Source: Octopus bimaculoides (lineage: Eukaryota). Taken from it: a stretch of DNA of 64,000 nt. The stretch covers positions 104,908,991 to 104,972,990 of the forward strand of contig NC_068982.1 in NCBI RefSeq assembly GCF_001194135.2, read 5' to 3'. Of this stretch, positions 10,666-23,201 are shown one piece after another. The notes under the pieces are model-generated. The model saw only the letters and a list, made by a program, of their open reading frames with translations. It was not told the DNA's origin and did not search any database. Numbering within the stretch: the first letter of the stretch is position 1; the number at the start of each line of letters is the position of its first letter. The position numbers and the translations under genes were made by a program.

Positions 10666-11096
10666 GGGGCCCTGTTTTCTCTGTATCACTGATATCCAGC
10701 AGCTCCCCCCCCACTCTATATACCCAGGTTTTCACCACTCACTTCTCTCCCCACTCTCTAATCACACTTCTGCAATATCCTGCCACTTGTATTATGACCT
10801 TCAAACCTCAAGGCACTTGCAACCATCTATATCACTCTCTTTTTTTACTCAAACATCCCATTTATATTCCGATCCCTATCCCTCGTGAGTATGCCCAGCA
10901 CTTTGCCACCATCTCTATCCTGATGTCTCCCAATCTCTCTCTCTCTCTCTCCTTCTCCTGCACTTCCTTCAGGTTGGGTAAACATGTATCTCCTTTGCAG
11001 CAGCCTCATTTTCTAAATGTTTGGAAAACTGACCCTAGCTAACTGAATGCTTCTAGTATACATCGGCATTAAAGAATAAACCTTATGAAATATACT

Positions 11097-11815
11097 GAAG
11101 ACTACCAAGACAAAATTTTGGATAAATACAGGACACTATTAGCTTGCCTGAGTTCCAGCATCTTCTAGTACATAGAAGGATGTGAATATTTTGACTTAGC
11201 CATCTCTCAATTAAGCTTTGCTAGATACTTTCTAGCTTCTAGGTGACAAAAACCAAGAAAATCATTGAATGAATTTTCCATAGAGTTGGAGAAGCTACAG
11301 AAGAATTACAATTTCAATCGTAGTGTGAAGTGTGGTGATGAGGCAATGCATAATGCATTCAATTGTTGGCATAACTTATGCAGAATGCAAAATTATATTC
11401 ACTCTAATTAAGGCACTACAGGGAATGAATAGACAGAGAGTTTCGACAGTATCATGTGGAGGACTATCAGTTTGGATCTTAGATCATGTATCTTTCTGAG
11501 AAACATTGGGAATTGGTGCTTCCTGAGGTATTACACACTTTAAAATCACTGCTGTATACAACAACAAATACTACACACTATGAAGTTTTTCTTATCAACA
11601 CGCCTCTTCCCATGGAAATCAGCTGCCCTCCTGCCTAATGACTCTTAGACTAGTACTCCTAAGGAAGTTCATGAGGAACATCAAGCACAGACCATTTGTA
11701 GATAAGTTGAACTCTTTGACAATAATCCAGCTTATGAAATTATCAGGTATTTTGATGGATGGGAGTCTACTGTTCCTGTTTGTGACTTGGCTCCTTGTCC
11801 TGATGCCCAGACGAT
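11097..11815 (+). mobile_element. Internally deleted Ty3/gypsy LTR-retrotransposon relic (gag plus integrase C-terminus)
   Basis: 11097-11363 reads EDYQDKILDKYRTLLACLSSSIF*YIEGCEYFDLAISQLSFARYFLASR*QKPRKSLNEFSIELEKLQKNYNF, matching the gag FARH.LA.R.Q..GESL.EF motif. About 11570-11810 reads SHGNQLPSCLMT...VLLRKFMRNIKHRPFVD/VELFDNNPAYEIIRYFDGWESTVPVCDLAPCP, matching the gypsy integrase C-terminus. Confidence 0.75.
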
Positions 11816-11844
11816 TACCACCATTTCTATTATCTTGTATTGTT

Positions 11845-12215
11845 TAATTTTTTCAGCCATTTGACTGTGGCCATGTTGGGGCATTGCCTTGAAGGGTTTT
11901 AGTTGAACAAATCAACTCCAGTGCTTATTTTTTTAAAGCCTAGTACTAATTCTATTGATCTCTTTTGCCAAACCACTAAGTTACGGGGACATAAACAAAC
12001 CAACACCAGTTATCAAGTGATGGTGGGCAAATACAAAGACACCCATCCTCCACAACACACACACACAGATATGGTGATCTTTGATCAACTCCTGCTTACC
12101 AAATCACAATGCTTTGATCAACCTAGGGCTATAGAAGAAGGAACTTGCCCTTGGTGCCATACATGGAACTGAACCTGAAACCATGTGGTTGAGAAGTGAA
12201 CATCTTAACCATACA
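11845..12215 (-). mobile_element. SINE family A, body variant 1
   Basis: TTTCAGCCATTTGACTGTGGCCATG...AAACCACTAAGTTACGGGGAC...CTTGCCCTTGGTGCCA...GGAACTGAACC is the reverse of the copy at 18052. Confidence 0.8.
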
Positions 12216-12249
12216 GCCATATATATGTGCATGTGTGGAAGCATGTGGC

Positions 12250-12445
12250 TTACTGGTTGGGGTGCTGAACTCATCATTGTAAGATTGTGGTTTCAGTTCC
12301 TTAATCAAGCAACACATTGTTCCAGTCCTCTTAGCTAGCAAAAGTGGGTAATCTTGTGATGGACTGGCGTCCTGTCCAGGGAAGAATATATGCACCATGG
12401 AAATCAGCACTATGAGTCTGTTACGACTTGGAAAGGATCTTTATC
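12250..12445 (+). mobile_element. Old SINE with V-domain-like core
   Basis: A decayed tRNA-like head is followed by GTTCCAGTCCTCTTAGCT...TGTGATGGACTGGCGTCCTGTCCAGGG, resembling the V-SINE central domain. Related copies are at about 36660-36900(-) and 41930-42080(-). Confidence 0.5.
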
Positions 12446-12839
12446 CAATACACACACACAGAAATAAAAAGGAAAAGTGCCTGCCGGCCAGCCAGTTGGT
12501 TCTATTCTACTCAGTTCATAATTTGGTGATATTCAGTAGGATTCTTACATTTAAGAATTAAATCTTTAAACTAGCAAATAGTACCCTCTCCAACTACCTC
12601 CAAAAGAGTAATGTGTAAATTTTGGAAAAGTTGTAATCCACTAGTTGTAGCCTAATTTGGCAACCCTGATACACATATTAACAGAAAGAAGAAAACTGAT
12701 TCAATGACCATTTGAACCTGCACAGTTGCTGATGCCAAGAAACTTAACAGCTCCCATGGTAAATTTGCCAGCAATTTTGGAATTTAGCCACCTACTTTAA
12801 TCATTTTTTTTTGTTTATAATCACTTTTAGGTATTAGTA

Positions 12840-13170
12840 TTGGTAGTGGTGGTGGTGGTGGTGGTAGTAGTAGTAGTGATGGTAAGAACAGTAGCAGCAC
12901 AGACTCTGCAAGAGATAGATGGGCAAGGGTGATAGTAATAGTCATGGCTTGAGTTGCATGAGTAGTAAAACTACATGAAATAACAGAAATAGTAGTAGTA
13001 GTAGCAGTAACTGCAGCAGCTGTTGCAGATTGGGCAATACTTACAAAGGGTAGCTCTATCATGTTTTGAGAGAATGAGGGAGTGAGTGAGAGAGAGAGGG
13101 GTGGTGATGAGAGAGAGAGAGAGAGAGTGTGTGTGTGTGTGTACGTGTGCATAGGTGGTGGTGGTGGCAG
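12840..13170. repeat. Cluster of trinucleotide and dinucleotide repeats (GGT, AGT, AGC, GA, GT)
   Basis: Direct read. Confidence 0.85.
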
Positions 13171-13660
13171 GTAGCACTCTTGTTAATTTCATCAGTAACA
13201 TATGTGTGTGGGTGGTAACCACAACCCTACAGAAGGCAACCTCAAGCAAAAAAACACCCACAACTAAGAGCAGTAGTAGAATGAATAATGAAGACCAGTG
13301 CTTGTGGTAGAAGTCCCCCTCACCTTCTCGGTGAAGAGACAAAGGTCATTAGAAAAGTGTTTACTTTTGAGGGAGTAATTTACTTTAACTCAAGTACTAA
13401 GATATCTTAATGATGTTAATAGACGAAGCAAGGTCAATGTCATGCTGACAGACATCGCCCAACCCTTTCCATTTAGGTCATTAGGTCATTCCAAAGTTAG
13501 TTCCACCAGCCACCACCACACACCTGTCTTACCCCCAACCCTGCCTCCAACCAATAAATTAATCAAAGAAATGAAATAGTAGAAACAAATGGCATGGTGG
13601 GGGTGTTTATGAACAATGCAACACTTCTAAGGTTTTTTTTTGATTTTTTTTTTCTTTCAG

Positions 13661-13788
13661 ATATCTCACTTCATTAGTAGTATTTCCAGTGCCAAATTCT
13701 TGCTCTTCAACCATTGCATGCAGATTGGAGACAAATATAAGGATTATAATGCAGATCTGCCAAGTTTGGTTAGACCAATTAAAATAAG
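13661..13788 (+). other. Candidate internal exon (128 nt)
   Basis: Strong acceptor (T)n-TCTTTCAG at 13660 and donor AAG|GTAAAA at 13789. Frame 0 is open: ISHFISSISSAKFLLFNHCMQIGDKYKDYNADLPSLVRPIKI. No homology recognised. Confidence 0.35.
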
Positions 13789-15364
13789 GTAAAAAAGAAA
13801 AAAAAAAAACGAAAAAAAAACAACAACAAAAACACGTTTTACTATTTAAAACTTTGGACCATTCAATTTGTGATTTTTATCTCGTTAGTTTGATTATAGA
13901 AGACTGATATAATATCTTGAAATTGCAAAACATTTATTCTCTAAATACAAGATTTCTTAGATTGCTTTCCAAACTCGGAATGAACAGAGAATTTTAATGA
14001 TTCAGAAAAGATTGCTCAAGTAAGATAAACAGTTAATACCTAATTACTAACAAATAAAAAGCTGGGTACTTGGCAAATACTCTGAAAACATTTCAATGGC
14101 TCAGTGCATTAAGCTGAAAACAGTAACACAGCTCCATTCAATTAACTGAAGCCTTTCTTTCTCTCTAAACAGAACCCTGTTACTATCTAAGAAAGGAAAT
14201 CATCATTGCCTTACATTGTTAAAGATCTTAGATAGGAAAAGAAAAGCATATCTTTCCATTTACAGGAAGAAGGAAAAAAATTATCTGACATTGTTTGGCA
14301 ATGGTTTATGGTTAATAATAAAAACAGAATCAGTAAATGATATATGGTAAATAGGCAATTCCATTATTCTTGATAAAATTCCATTCATATCAGAACAGTA
14401 CAAGGGACTTTTGGAATTTAGACAGAAGTTCCACAAGTACATAACTGATCTACTCAATTAGTGAAATGGATGTTGATATATTTAAAGCAACAAGCAAAGA
14501 CATTTTACTTATTCAAAATTGCAGCTATAGTGAAAAGTATCAATCATTATCATAATGACCAACTCGGGCAAGAAAAGCAAGGGAGACAACCCAGGAATTT
14601 TAATTGAATAGAATACAGTTAAGAGCGAATCTGTTCATTGATAGTATTGTGACAACTCTAGACATGTTTCAATCTTTTGTATGCATTCAGCCTTGCCATT
14701 GAAATTTAATCTTCTGAAGTTGTTTATTGACTTGCATCAATTGAGCATGGTTTATGGTAGACCTGAATGTCCACTTTGCAATGATATGTATTGTAATGAT
14801 CTGCTTTTAGTGTCTGTATTGCAGACTGAATCTGCAATCTGAATCACTTTATCTATGAATCAATCATCTTCAGGATGAAAAGGATGAGTCAACTCTGGCA
14901 AGACTGCACTAAGACTCAAGATGTCTTTCACACAGTAATATTTTTATAATCTTTGTTTCCTGTCCTCACTGAATGATTTTTACATGAATTATTGAATCAA
15001 TATTTCAACAGTTTTTTTTTCTACAACTAGCAACCATTTGAATGTCAAGTGGAAGTGGTACCTATTGTTAGATAGCAAAACTGAGGATACACAGTACTTT
15101 ACCTAAGAGGCCATATCAGTTTGAATGCTATATAAAGTTTATAATGATTTTCAATAGTCATAAACCACAAATTTGGGAGAGAGAATTAATCAATAAAATA
15201 GAACCCGGTACTTAAGTACTTCAACTTGGAAGGATGACAACAAAGTTATACCTGCTGCAATTTGAAATCAGAATGTAAATAGTCATAACTAACTACAACA
15301 AAGTGTTTTATCCAATTCTGCTTATCAACCACCCTTTCAAATGATAAACTTTTATCAACTTTTA

Positions 15365-15680
15365 TTTGTTTCAGTCATTGAACTGTGGCCATGCTGGGAT
15401 ACTGCCTTGAAGGATTTTAGTTGAATAAATCAGTTCCACTACTTAAGTTTAGCATTTATTCTATTGGCTTCTTTTGCTGAACCACTAAGTTACTGGGACA
15501 TAAACAAATCAACACTGTCAAGTGGTGGTAGTAGGGACGCATAAGCACATATACATGATGGGCTGTCATACAGTTTCTATGGTCCAAGGCTATGGTAGAA
15601 AACATTTGCCCAAGGTGCCATGCAGTGGGACTGAACCTGAAACTAAATGGTTGCAAAGCAAGCTTTTAAGCCATACCTGT
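15365..15680 (-). mobile_element. SINE family A, body variant 1
   Basis: Same motifs as 18052-18470, in reverse orientation. Confidence 0.8.
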
Positions 15681-15737
15681 ACTGATAATGATAATAATCG
15701 TAAGAAAATAAGACAAGGAAATGCACAAAGTCTTTAA

Positions 15738-15958
15738 CCCTTTTGTTACCGACCTGGCTGAAACCAGCTCTGGCTCTGTATTATAAATGTCTTGTTTTCA
15801 CAAGTTTTGAATTAAAATCTTTCACCAAAGCTTAGTCACAATTTATGTTCCTAACACTAGTTTATTGATAACTAAGTTATTTTACTAAATTCTTTGTTAT
15901 ATTTCAAATAATTGAAAGAAACAAAGAGCATCTCAAAATAAATACGGTAACGAAAGGG
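15738..15958. mobile_element. 221-bp piggyBac-type MITE
   Basis: TTAA|CCCTTTTGTTACC ... GGTAACGAAAGGG|TTAA: 13-bp TIRs with 1 mismatch, and TTAA on both sides (15734-37, 15959-62). Confidence 0.92.
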
Positions 15959-16424
15959 TTAAACAATTGTAAATAACACTAATTTTTATCATTTTCAATT
16001 CCTTAGTGTTTCTAAACATAACAGAATCTGAAAAATTTTCGTTCACCTTTCCTAAATATTTGGTACTGAGTTTTATAGTTAGTTCTTATCAGGACTGAAA
16101 TTTATCTGAACAAAAAACAAAAAATAAACATATTTTCAAAAGTGATATCATATATTCTCCAACAAAATACTAACAAACATTAGTATACATTTCTATTTCC
16201 TCAATTTATGACATGTGGCAATTAAACCAGACTTCTTCCTTCCTCTTACATTTCGTTTTCAGGAAGTTAGAGGTACAATGGTTATGAATGTTATTTCTAT
16301 TGTAGTACAAGAAAGAAATATTAGAAATATACTGAAATTTCATCTTTTAATAATAAGTATCTAATTTCTTACACTGAAACAGTAGGGGTTGTAAACATTT
16401 ATACACATACACACAATATATTTT

Positions 16425-16715
16425 ATCTTTTATCTTTTACTTGTTTCAGTCATATTAGACTGTGGCCATGCTGGGGCACCGTCTGGAAGAATTTTTAGTC
16501 AAGTGAATCAACCTCAATACTTATTCTTTATTAAGCCTGGTATTTATTTTACTGGTCACTGGTCTTTCAGTTTCTGTCTCCCAAATCCACTCATAAGGCT
16601 TTGATCAGCCTGAGGCAGAAGTAGAAGACACTTGCCCAAGGTGCTATGCAGTGACACTGAACCTGCAACCATGTGGTTGGGAAGCAAGCTTCTTACTACA
16701 CAGTCACAACTGTGC
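16425..16715 (-). mobile_element. SINE family A (internally deleted)
   Basis: The tail TTTTACTTGTTTCAGTCAT.. is joined directly to the core and head CCAAATCCACTCATAAGGCTTTG...CTTGCCCAAGGTGC. Confidence 0.75.
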
Positions 16716-18051
16716 CTACACACACACACACACACACAAACAAACAGGACAGTCATAACTGGAATTCTTTTGATCATTGTCAAGCAGTTTAAAAGCCCCC
16801 AACAAAGTTTCAACTTATTACAGTTGCTCAGCACTTTAACCATGTGAAAATAACTCTGCAGCTGTAAGAAAGCCTCTAGACCAGTTCTCAACCATTTCTA
16901 ACCTATGGATCCTTTCAATCTCTATTTTATTTGGGTGGAGTCTCATAGACATATCATTGCTTTAAAAAATTCTATTATATTTTTATAATTAAATATTATT
17001 AGGAATTATATTAAAATTTTTGTTAAAATAGTTTGTGTATTGTTGAAGAATAATCAATTTATTGCACATAAATTTTAACAAAATCTTGTATTGACTCCAG
17101 TTGAGAGCCACTCCTCGCTTGCTTTACTAGAAATAACAGCCAAATTCCTTCAGACAAAAGAGAGTGAGAGAGAAAAAGAACAGCCAGTATAATCCTATAT
17201 AAACAAAATGATGAGATGGTCATGGCTGAACGCCTTTCAAGAAAGCATATATGAACAAGGCCCATCTGAATCCAACAGATACTTACAGTGTTGCTAAGGA
17301 CTATCATTTTTCATTATGCCCACAGGATATAATTATCTGTTTAGATTTGTGACTATACAAAAGAGACGATGGAGAGAGAGGGGGGGGGAGAAAGAGATCA
17401 AAAGAGACAGCTATCAACAATAGGCAATATCATTACAGTGTTCTTTAATCTGATACTTTCCATGTGAAGGAATTTCTTTTAACTATAGATACATCTGAAT
17501 TTTTTTTATTCATTTATCTGTTCTTGGATGAAGCCACAGCATACCGTTTTCTGGCTTATCACTGGCTGTGAAAGAATATTTGCTTTTAATTTTTTAATGT
17601 ATATACACTATCAATTACAGCTATTAGTGAAGCTAATATAGGAGAGGAAACATTACAAGCAACTTGAGGTAATGAATCAATAACGAAGCTGGTGAAGATG
17701 AGCATGCACAAGGCTGATACAAATGGAGAAAGCAATTTGTAATTGTTGCAAGATGTAAGGTCAAACAAGTTGCAATGAGAGTATCTGGAAAATAACAGAT
17801 ATTACTATGTAGTGCATGTGGATCTAGAAATATTTATTGACAGACAGCAAGTCTATAGTCTGAAGGATACAACGTCTTTAGAGAGCTGTTTGTAACTCAT
17901 CATGTCTGTTTTGGAATGGTTTCTAAAGTTGGATACCCTTCCCAATGCCAACCACTTTAAAGTCACTGTCAATACTATTCTTGTCAAAGAATAATAAGTT
18001 TGAACTCCATGAAATGTGTCGAGTAATCTTTCAATTTAATGTAAAGTTGTT

Positions 18052-18180
18052 TTACCAACCACATGGTCTCGGGTTCAGTCCCACTGCGTGGCACCTTGGG
18101 CAAGTGTCTTCTACTATAGCCTCGGGCCAACCAAAGCCTTGTGAGTGGATTTGGTAGACAGAAACTGAAAGAAGCCCGTC

Positions 18181-18214
<34 letters not shown>

Positions 18215-18221
18215 GTGTGTG

Positions 18222-18270
<49 letters not shown>

Positions 18271-18470
18271 TTGTGTGTCTGTGTTTGTCCCCCCAACATC
18301 GCTTGACAACTGATGCTGGTCCCCGTAACTTAGCGGTTCGGCAAAAGAAACTGATAGAATAAGTACTAGGCTTACAAAGAATAAGTCCTGGGGTCGATTT
18401 GATTCGACTAAAGGCGGTGCTCCAGCATGGCCGCAGTCAAATGACTGAAACAAGTAAAAGAGTAAAAGAG
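18052..18470 (+). mobile_element. Young SINE family A, body variant 1 (octopus OR-type from memory)
   Basis: GGGTTCAGTCCCACTGCGTGGCACCTTGGGCAAG head, a central (TA)n(TG)n, then CATCGCTTGACAAC...CCTGGGGTCGATTTG...AAAGGCGGTGCTCCAGCATGGCCGCAGTC and a (GTAAAAGA)n tail. CpGs are retained. Confidence 0.9.
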
Positions 18471-18823
18471 AGAGTATGAAGTGAAAAGCAAGGACTCAAT
18501 ATCTTAGTGAAAAATGAATGAGTGTACTAACAAAAAAAGAAAAAGAAAAAAGAGAGTTTTGAAAGACTGCTTAGGAATTGAGATCTTGATACATAGCTTT
18601 AAACCTGTGATGGACAGCAAGAGAAACAAATTGATGAGAATCTACCTGAGTGGTTTATTACAAAAAATAGACTTATTCCATTACCTATGACTTAAATCAT
18701 TATCTAAACTGGTGTCTAGGAATGAGGCAGGGTTGCTAGATAAAGTTTAAGAAATTATTTAGTGTCTGCTGATGATGTAAGGACTTTTTTGCTGAAGGAA
18801 TGGTTAACAACAACTTGCATATC

Positions 18824-19047
18824 GAGCTGGCAGAATCGTTAGCACGCTGGGCGAAATGCTTAGCGGTATTTCGTCTGCCGTTACGTTCTGAGTTCAAATT
18901 CCGCCGAGGTCGACTTTGCCTTTCATCCTTTCAGGGTCGATAAATTAAGTACCAGTTACGCACTGGGATCAATGTAATCGACTTAATCCGTTCATCTGTC
19001 CTTGTTTGTTCCCTCTATGTTTAGCCCCTTGTGGGCAATAAAGAAAT
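18824..19047 (+). mobile_element. Young SINE family B with 15-bp TSD
   Basis: GAGCTGGCAGAATCGTTAGCAC...GAGTTCAAATTCCGCC...TTTGCCTTTCATCCTTTCAGGGTCGATAAATTAAGTACCAG. TSD AACAACTTGCATATC at 18809-18823 and 19048-19062. Confidence 0.92.
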
Positions 19048-20624
19048 AACAACTTGCATATCTCAGAATATGCATGGCAGAGAAACACGGATGGTTGATT
19101 TAGATGGCATGCAATGAATAACTTGAGAGAAAGAAGAATAAAAAGTTTGATACATTTGTTGTACAATATGAACCTGAAATGAGTGAGAAGTCGAGTTCAA
19201 ATTAGGAGAAATACCTAGGTATATAAGCATTTAATAGCGTTTGATATAATGATATGTTTTATGGGTTACGAATACTTAACGAGTTGATAGCTATATACAG
19301 AATTATACTAACGAATGCCTTAGATAAAATACAGCAACACTGAGATATATTGGAAATTTATTCAACATACACACATAAACACATGAAAATATAGATGTGA
19401 TGATGATAACTTTTAAACTGCTTAAAAAATTGTTTTTGATAACAGATAAATGTTTTATTAAAAGTAGGAAAAAGTTAAATAGGATATCATAAATATAAGA
19501 GCTTATGCAATAAAATAACTTTAAGTGCATTAAATATTTTATTATAGGTATATTTACTGAAGTTGAATAAATATAGTTATTGACAATTACAATTGTGTTT
19601 TTATCATTTAGCTTCAAATTGAAAATGTATTCATCAGTTATTGTTAGTTAAAAACGTACTGCAATACGTTTTGCTGTTATAATAAAGATGACTACTACTA
19701 CCACTACTGCTATTTAATTTTTTTTTTGATTATATTTGGAATATATCATACAGTTCATATTTCTCACAGGTAATTACCAGAAAATAGTGCGTGTATATAA
19801 GTGTATGGTATACATGTGTATGTGTGTGTGTGTGTGTGCAATAATGGTGTTGCACATGCATATAGTTTCAATATGCTGAATTTCTGATTCAATTTGATTC
19901 CTACATGATAGACTTTCAGAAGGACAAGAACAACACAACATTACATTACTTTGTTCACTCAATGACTGCAGAAACTACACCTTTGAACATACATACACAT
20001 ACATATGTACATATAAGTCTGTGTGTATGTGTGTGTGTGTGTGTATAAAGATGTGAATTAAAACTGAAAATTTGTAAAGATAACTTGCAATTTTTTTTAA
20101 TGTTCTTCGGAGAACAATACTCAGCTCAATAAATGTTTTGTTCCAGCCACCTTGTGCATGAAAGGGAATATTTTTATTCCTCGTTATTCAGCAGATTGCG
20201 CTACATTTTACTGAAGTTTATTAAAATTTTCAACATGTTAAAGAGATATTTCTTTCCCTTCAATAGGATGAGAAGTTATCATAGATTCTTTTATCCCCAT
20301 CGGCAGGACATTAGCTTTTGCAAGCTAACGATTAAACGTCAATTTAACTGCTTTCAACAATGAACTCTCCCACTTTGTGAGTGGTAGTATGACTGAATGG
20401 TTAAACAATTTGTTTCACAATTAAAAAGTGCAAGGTTTAATTCCATTGTCTTTTGCCATTTCCTAGAACTGCCTCAAGCTTTTTGAGTCAAACTGAGTGG
20501 ATGGAAACTGTTTGGAAGGAAACCTGACAGATGGATTATAGCCATAATCTAAAGTTACAGATTTGTCAAAGATCGTGTCATATTGAGTCTACTTGAGGAT
20601 AATGTTAATGGTACATGTGTATCA

Positions 20625-21235
20625 TTAGGTGCAGGCATGGCTGTGTGGTTAAGAAGCTTGTTTGCAGCCATGTAGTTTCAGGTTCAGTCCTACTGAGTGG
20701 CACCTTGGGCAAGTATTTTCTACTATACCCCCAGGTTGACCAATGCTTTCTGAGTGAATTTGGCAGATGGAAACTATGTGGAAACCTGTCATTTATGCAC
20801 GAGTGTGTGTGTGCTGGTGGCATGTAAAAAGCACCCACTAGACTCTTGGATTGGTTGGCGTTAGGAAGGGCATCCAGCCATAGAAACCATGCCAAATTAG
20901 ATTGGTATCTGGGGCAGCTCCCCAGCTCACCAGTTTTCAGTTAAACCGTCTAACTCATGCCAGTATGGAAAATGGATGTTAAACGACGATGACAATGTGT
21001 GTGTTTGTTTTTGTCTGTCTTCTCCATCTCCTGATAACCAATGCTGGTTTGTTTACATCCCTGTAAAACTTAGAGGTTTGGCAAAAGTGATTGATTGAAT
21101 AAGGACCCAGACTTGAAGAAAATGCAAGTACTGGTGGTAGTGGTGGGGAGGGTTGATCCATTTCACTAAACCCTTCAAGGTGGTACCCCAGCACGGCCAA
21201 AGTTCAATGACTGAAAGAAGCAAAAAGTAAAAGGT
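20625..21235 (+). mobile_element. SINE family A with an RTE 3'-tail fragment (about 20810-20995) inserted in its central microsatellite
   Basis: Head at about 20630-20800, the RTE tail motif GGTTGGCGTTAGGAAGGGCATCCAGCC...GATGTTAAACGACGATG, then the SINE 3' body from about 21000. Confidence 0.7.
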
Positions 21236-21804
21236 GTATGTGGAATATGCAGTCCCTTAAATGCCTATTAATTGCCAAGTTGTTCAAATAACTGAATCCT
21301 CATAATTGAAAATGAAGAATATTCATCATTTATATGCTATACCGCAATACCTATCCAGCAAGACCACTTACAGCTTGGTGGTCTAAACCAGTGAGAATTA
21401 AATGTCTGTGTCTATGCTACCAGTAAAGTATATTACTAGTCAGTGGTGAGACATGAACCACACACCTTCTTGTTGGTAGTCTGTTATACGATCAACAAGG
21501 CTAGCTTTGATAGCAAGGAGAAACAGATGTAAACAAAACAGGTTCTTATATGATAATAATGATTTAAACTTGATAAAATTACTTCAAAGAATTAAGCTGA
21601 AAGCAAACATATAAACTTACATACATTATTTGCTTGACCTGCTAATATAGAAGTGAAATCTTTCCTTAAATAAATTACTTCTGTCCTAAATCTGGGAACC
21701 ATATGTTACAAATCTAAATCTATAGGCTAAAGAATTTGAACACGATGTACATATGCTAGCATTAAGTACTTGCATACAATCTTTTATCAGCAACATGCCT
21801 TTAT

Positions 21805-21810
21805 TTATAT

Positions 21811-21896
<86 letters not shown>

Positions 21897-22023
21897 ATAT
21901 GTGTGTATATATATATATTTATATGTATGTGTATATATATAAATGTATGTATGTATGTGTGTATATATATATATGTCTGTGTATATATATATATGTATAT
22001 ACACATATATATGCATGTGTGTA

Positions 22024-22070
<47 letters not shown>
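21805..22070. repeat. Long (TA)n/(TATG)n microsatellite complex
   Basis: Direct read. It is the source of the YI/IY pseudo-ORFs. Confidence 0.95.
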
Positions 22071-22072
<2 letters not shown>

Positions 22073-22859
22073 TACCACATGGGTTAACCTTGTTCTTGTT
22101 TAAATGAACTATAGCTAGAACTAAATTTAGAGTTGTCAAAATTATCAGCATAAAAATAGTATTTTCCATTTTCAATTCACAAAAACAGCTTGAAATTTAT
22201 GAAAGAGTTCTAGAATTAGACTCTTTTTTGTTATCAAACTAAAACCTTTTCAATCATTGCAAATATATTTATCCCGTGTTAGCAAGGGAATGATGATAAT
22301 GATGATGATAAAGAGGATAGAAAATGTACACAAATTTCAAGAATTCTCTACTCATTTGCCTAGTCTTCACTCTGTTGCATACAGCCTTCACTTCCCATGT
22401 GACAAAGAACAGTTTTGGCTCATTCCAGCAAACAATATCTAATCTGTGCATAACCTCAAGGGCTGTGGACTATGGAAAAGTTGAGACAGATGCAACAACA
22501 AAAAACATGAACTGATAAGATTTATCCAAATGCCTGAAAACTTGAAATTTCAAAGAACAACTGACAACTAGTGTAGGTTATCTAGCCGAGAGATGCCAAA
22601 TCTATTTATTGTGGCACACAAACAATATAATTTTTGAAAGTAATCCTGTTTTTCGCAGGTTACACCATTTAGTTTTTACATCCATTTTTACATGCTGGCA
22701 TGGGTTAGATGAAAATTTTAAGGCAGCTTTTCTTATGGTTGGATGCCTAACTGCCTCCAACTCTAACCTACTTTCCAGTAAGATTTATTTTCGTTTTTAC
22801 CCCATTCTACTACTCTTCACACACCAAAAGCTGAAACTACTGGGCTTTTGTTAAGTGGG

Positions 22860-23201
22860 GATAATAATGCACCAATTCACACAGCTAACATTGTTACTGA
22901 ATGGCACGAGGAATCTTATCTGGCCACCACAGTCCCCCAGATCTCAATATTATTGAACATTTATCGTGCATTTTATAAAAACGAGTAAGGAGTTGATATC
23001 CTCCACCATCATCACTACAAGAACTGGAAACTGTTTTAGCTGAAGAATGGACAAAAATTCATTTGGAAACAAGTCAAACTTTGTATGAGTCCATACCTCG
23101 TAGAATTAAAGCTGTAATTACTGCCAAAGGCGGTCCTGCCCCATATTAAAATAAATTTGTTTGAAATTTTAAGGTGTTTCCATTATTTTGTCCAGCCCCT
23201 G
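22860..23201 (+). mobile_element. Tc1-like transposon 3' fragment with right TIR
   Basis: Reads DNNAPIHTANIVTEWHEE/LIWPPQSPDLNIIEHL...ELETVLAEEWTKI...YESIPRRIKAVITAKGGPAPY* (Tc1 QDNAP.H and WP.QSPDLN.IE motifs). It ends GGTGTTTCCATTATTTTGTCCAGCCCCTG|TA. Confidence 0.85.

Noticed and set aside
17586-17870. Cys motifs (ARCKVKQ...LCSACGSRN) as a zinc-finger relic
   Set aside because: The frame is interrupted by stops and I cannot assign a family, so it is too weak to report.
21686-22175. Long ORFs rich in YI/IY/VC/HT (also 29530-29825, 34469-34688, 45906-46404, 51796-52069, 53562-54397)
   Set aside because: These are translations of (TA)n/(CA)n/(TACA)n microsatellites, which lack stop codons in some frames.
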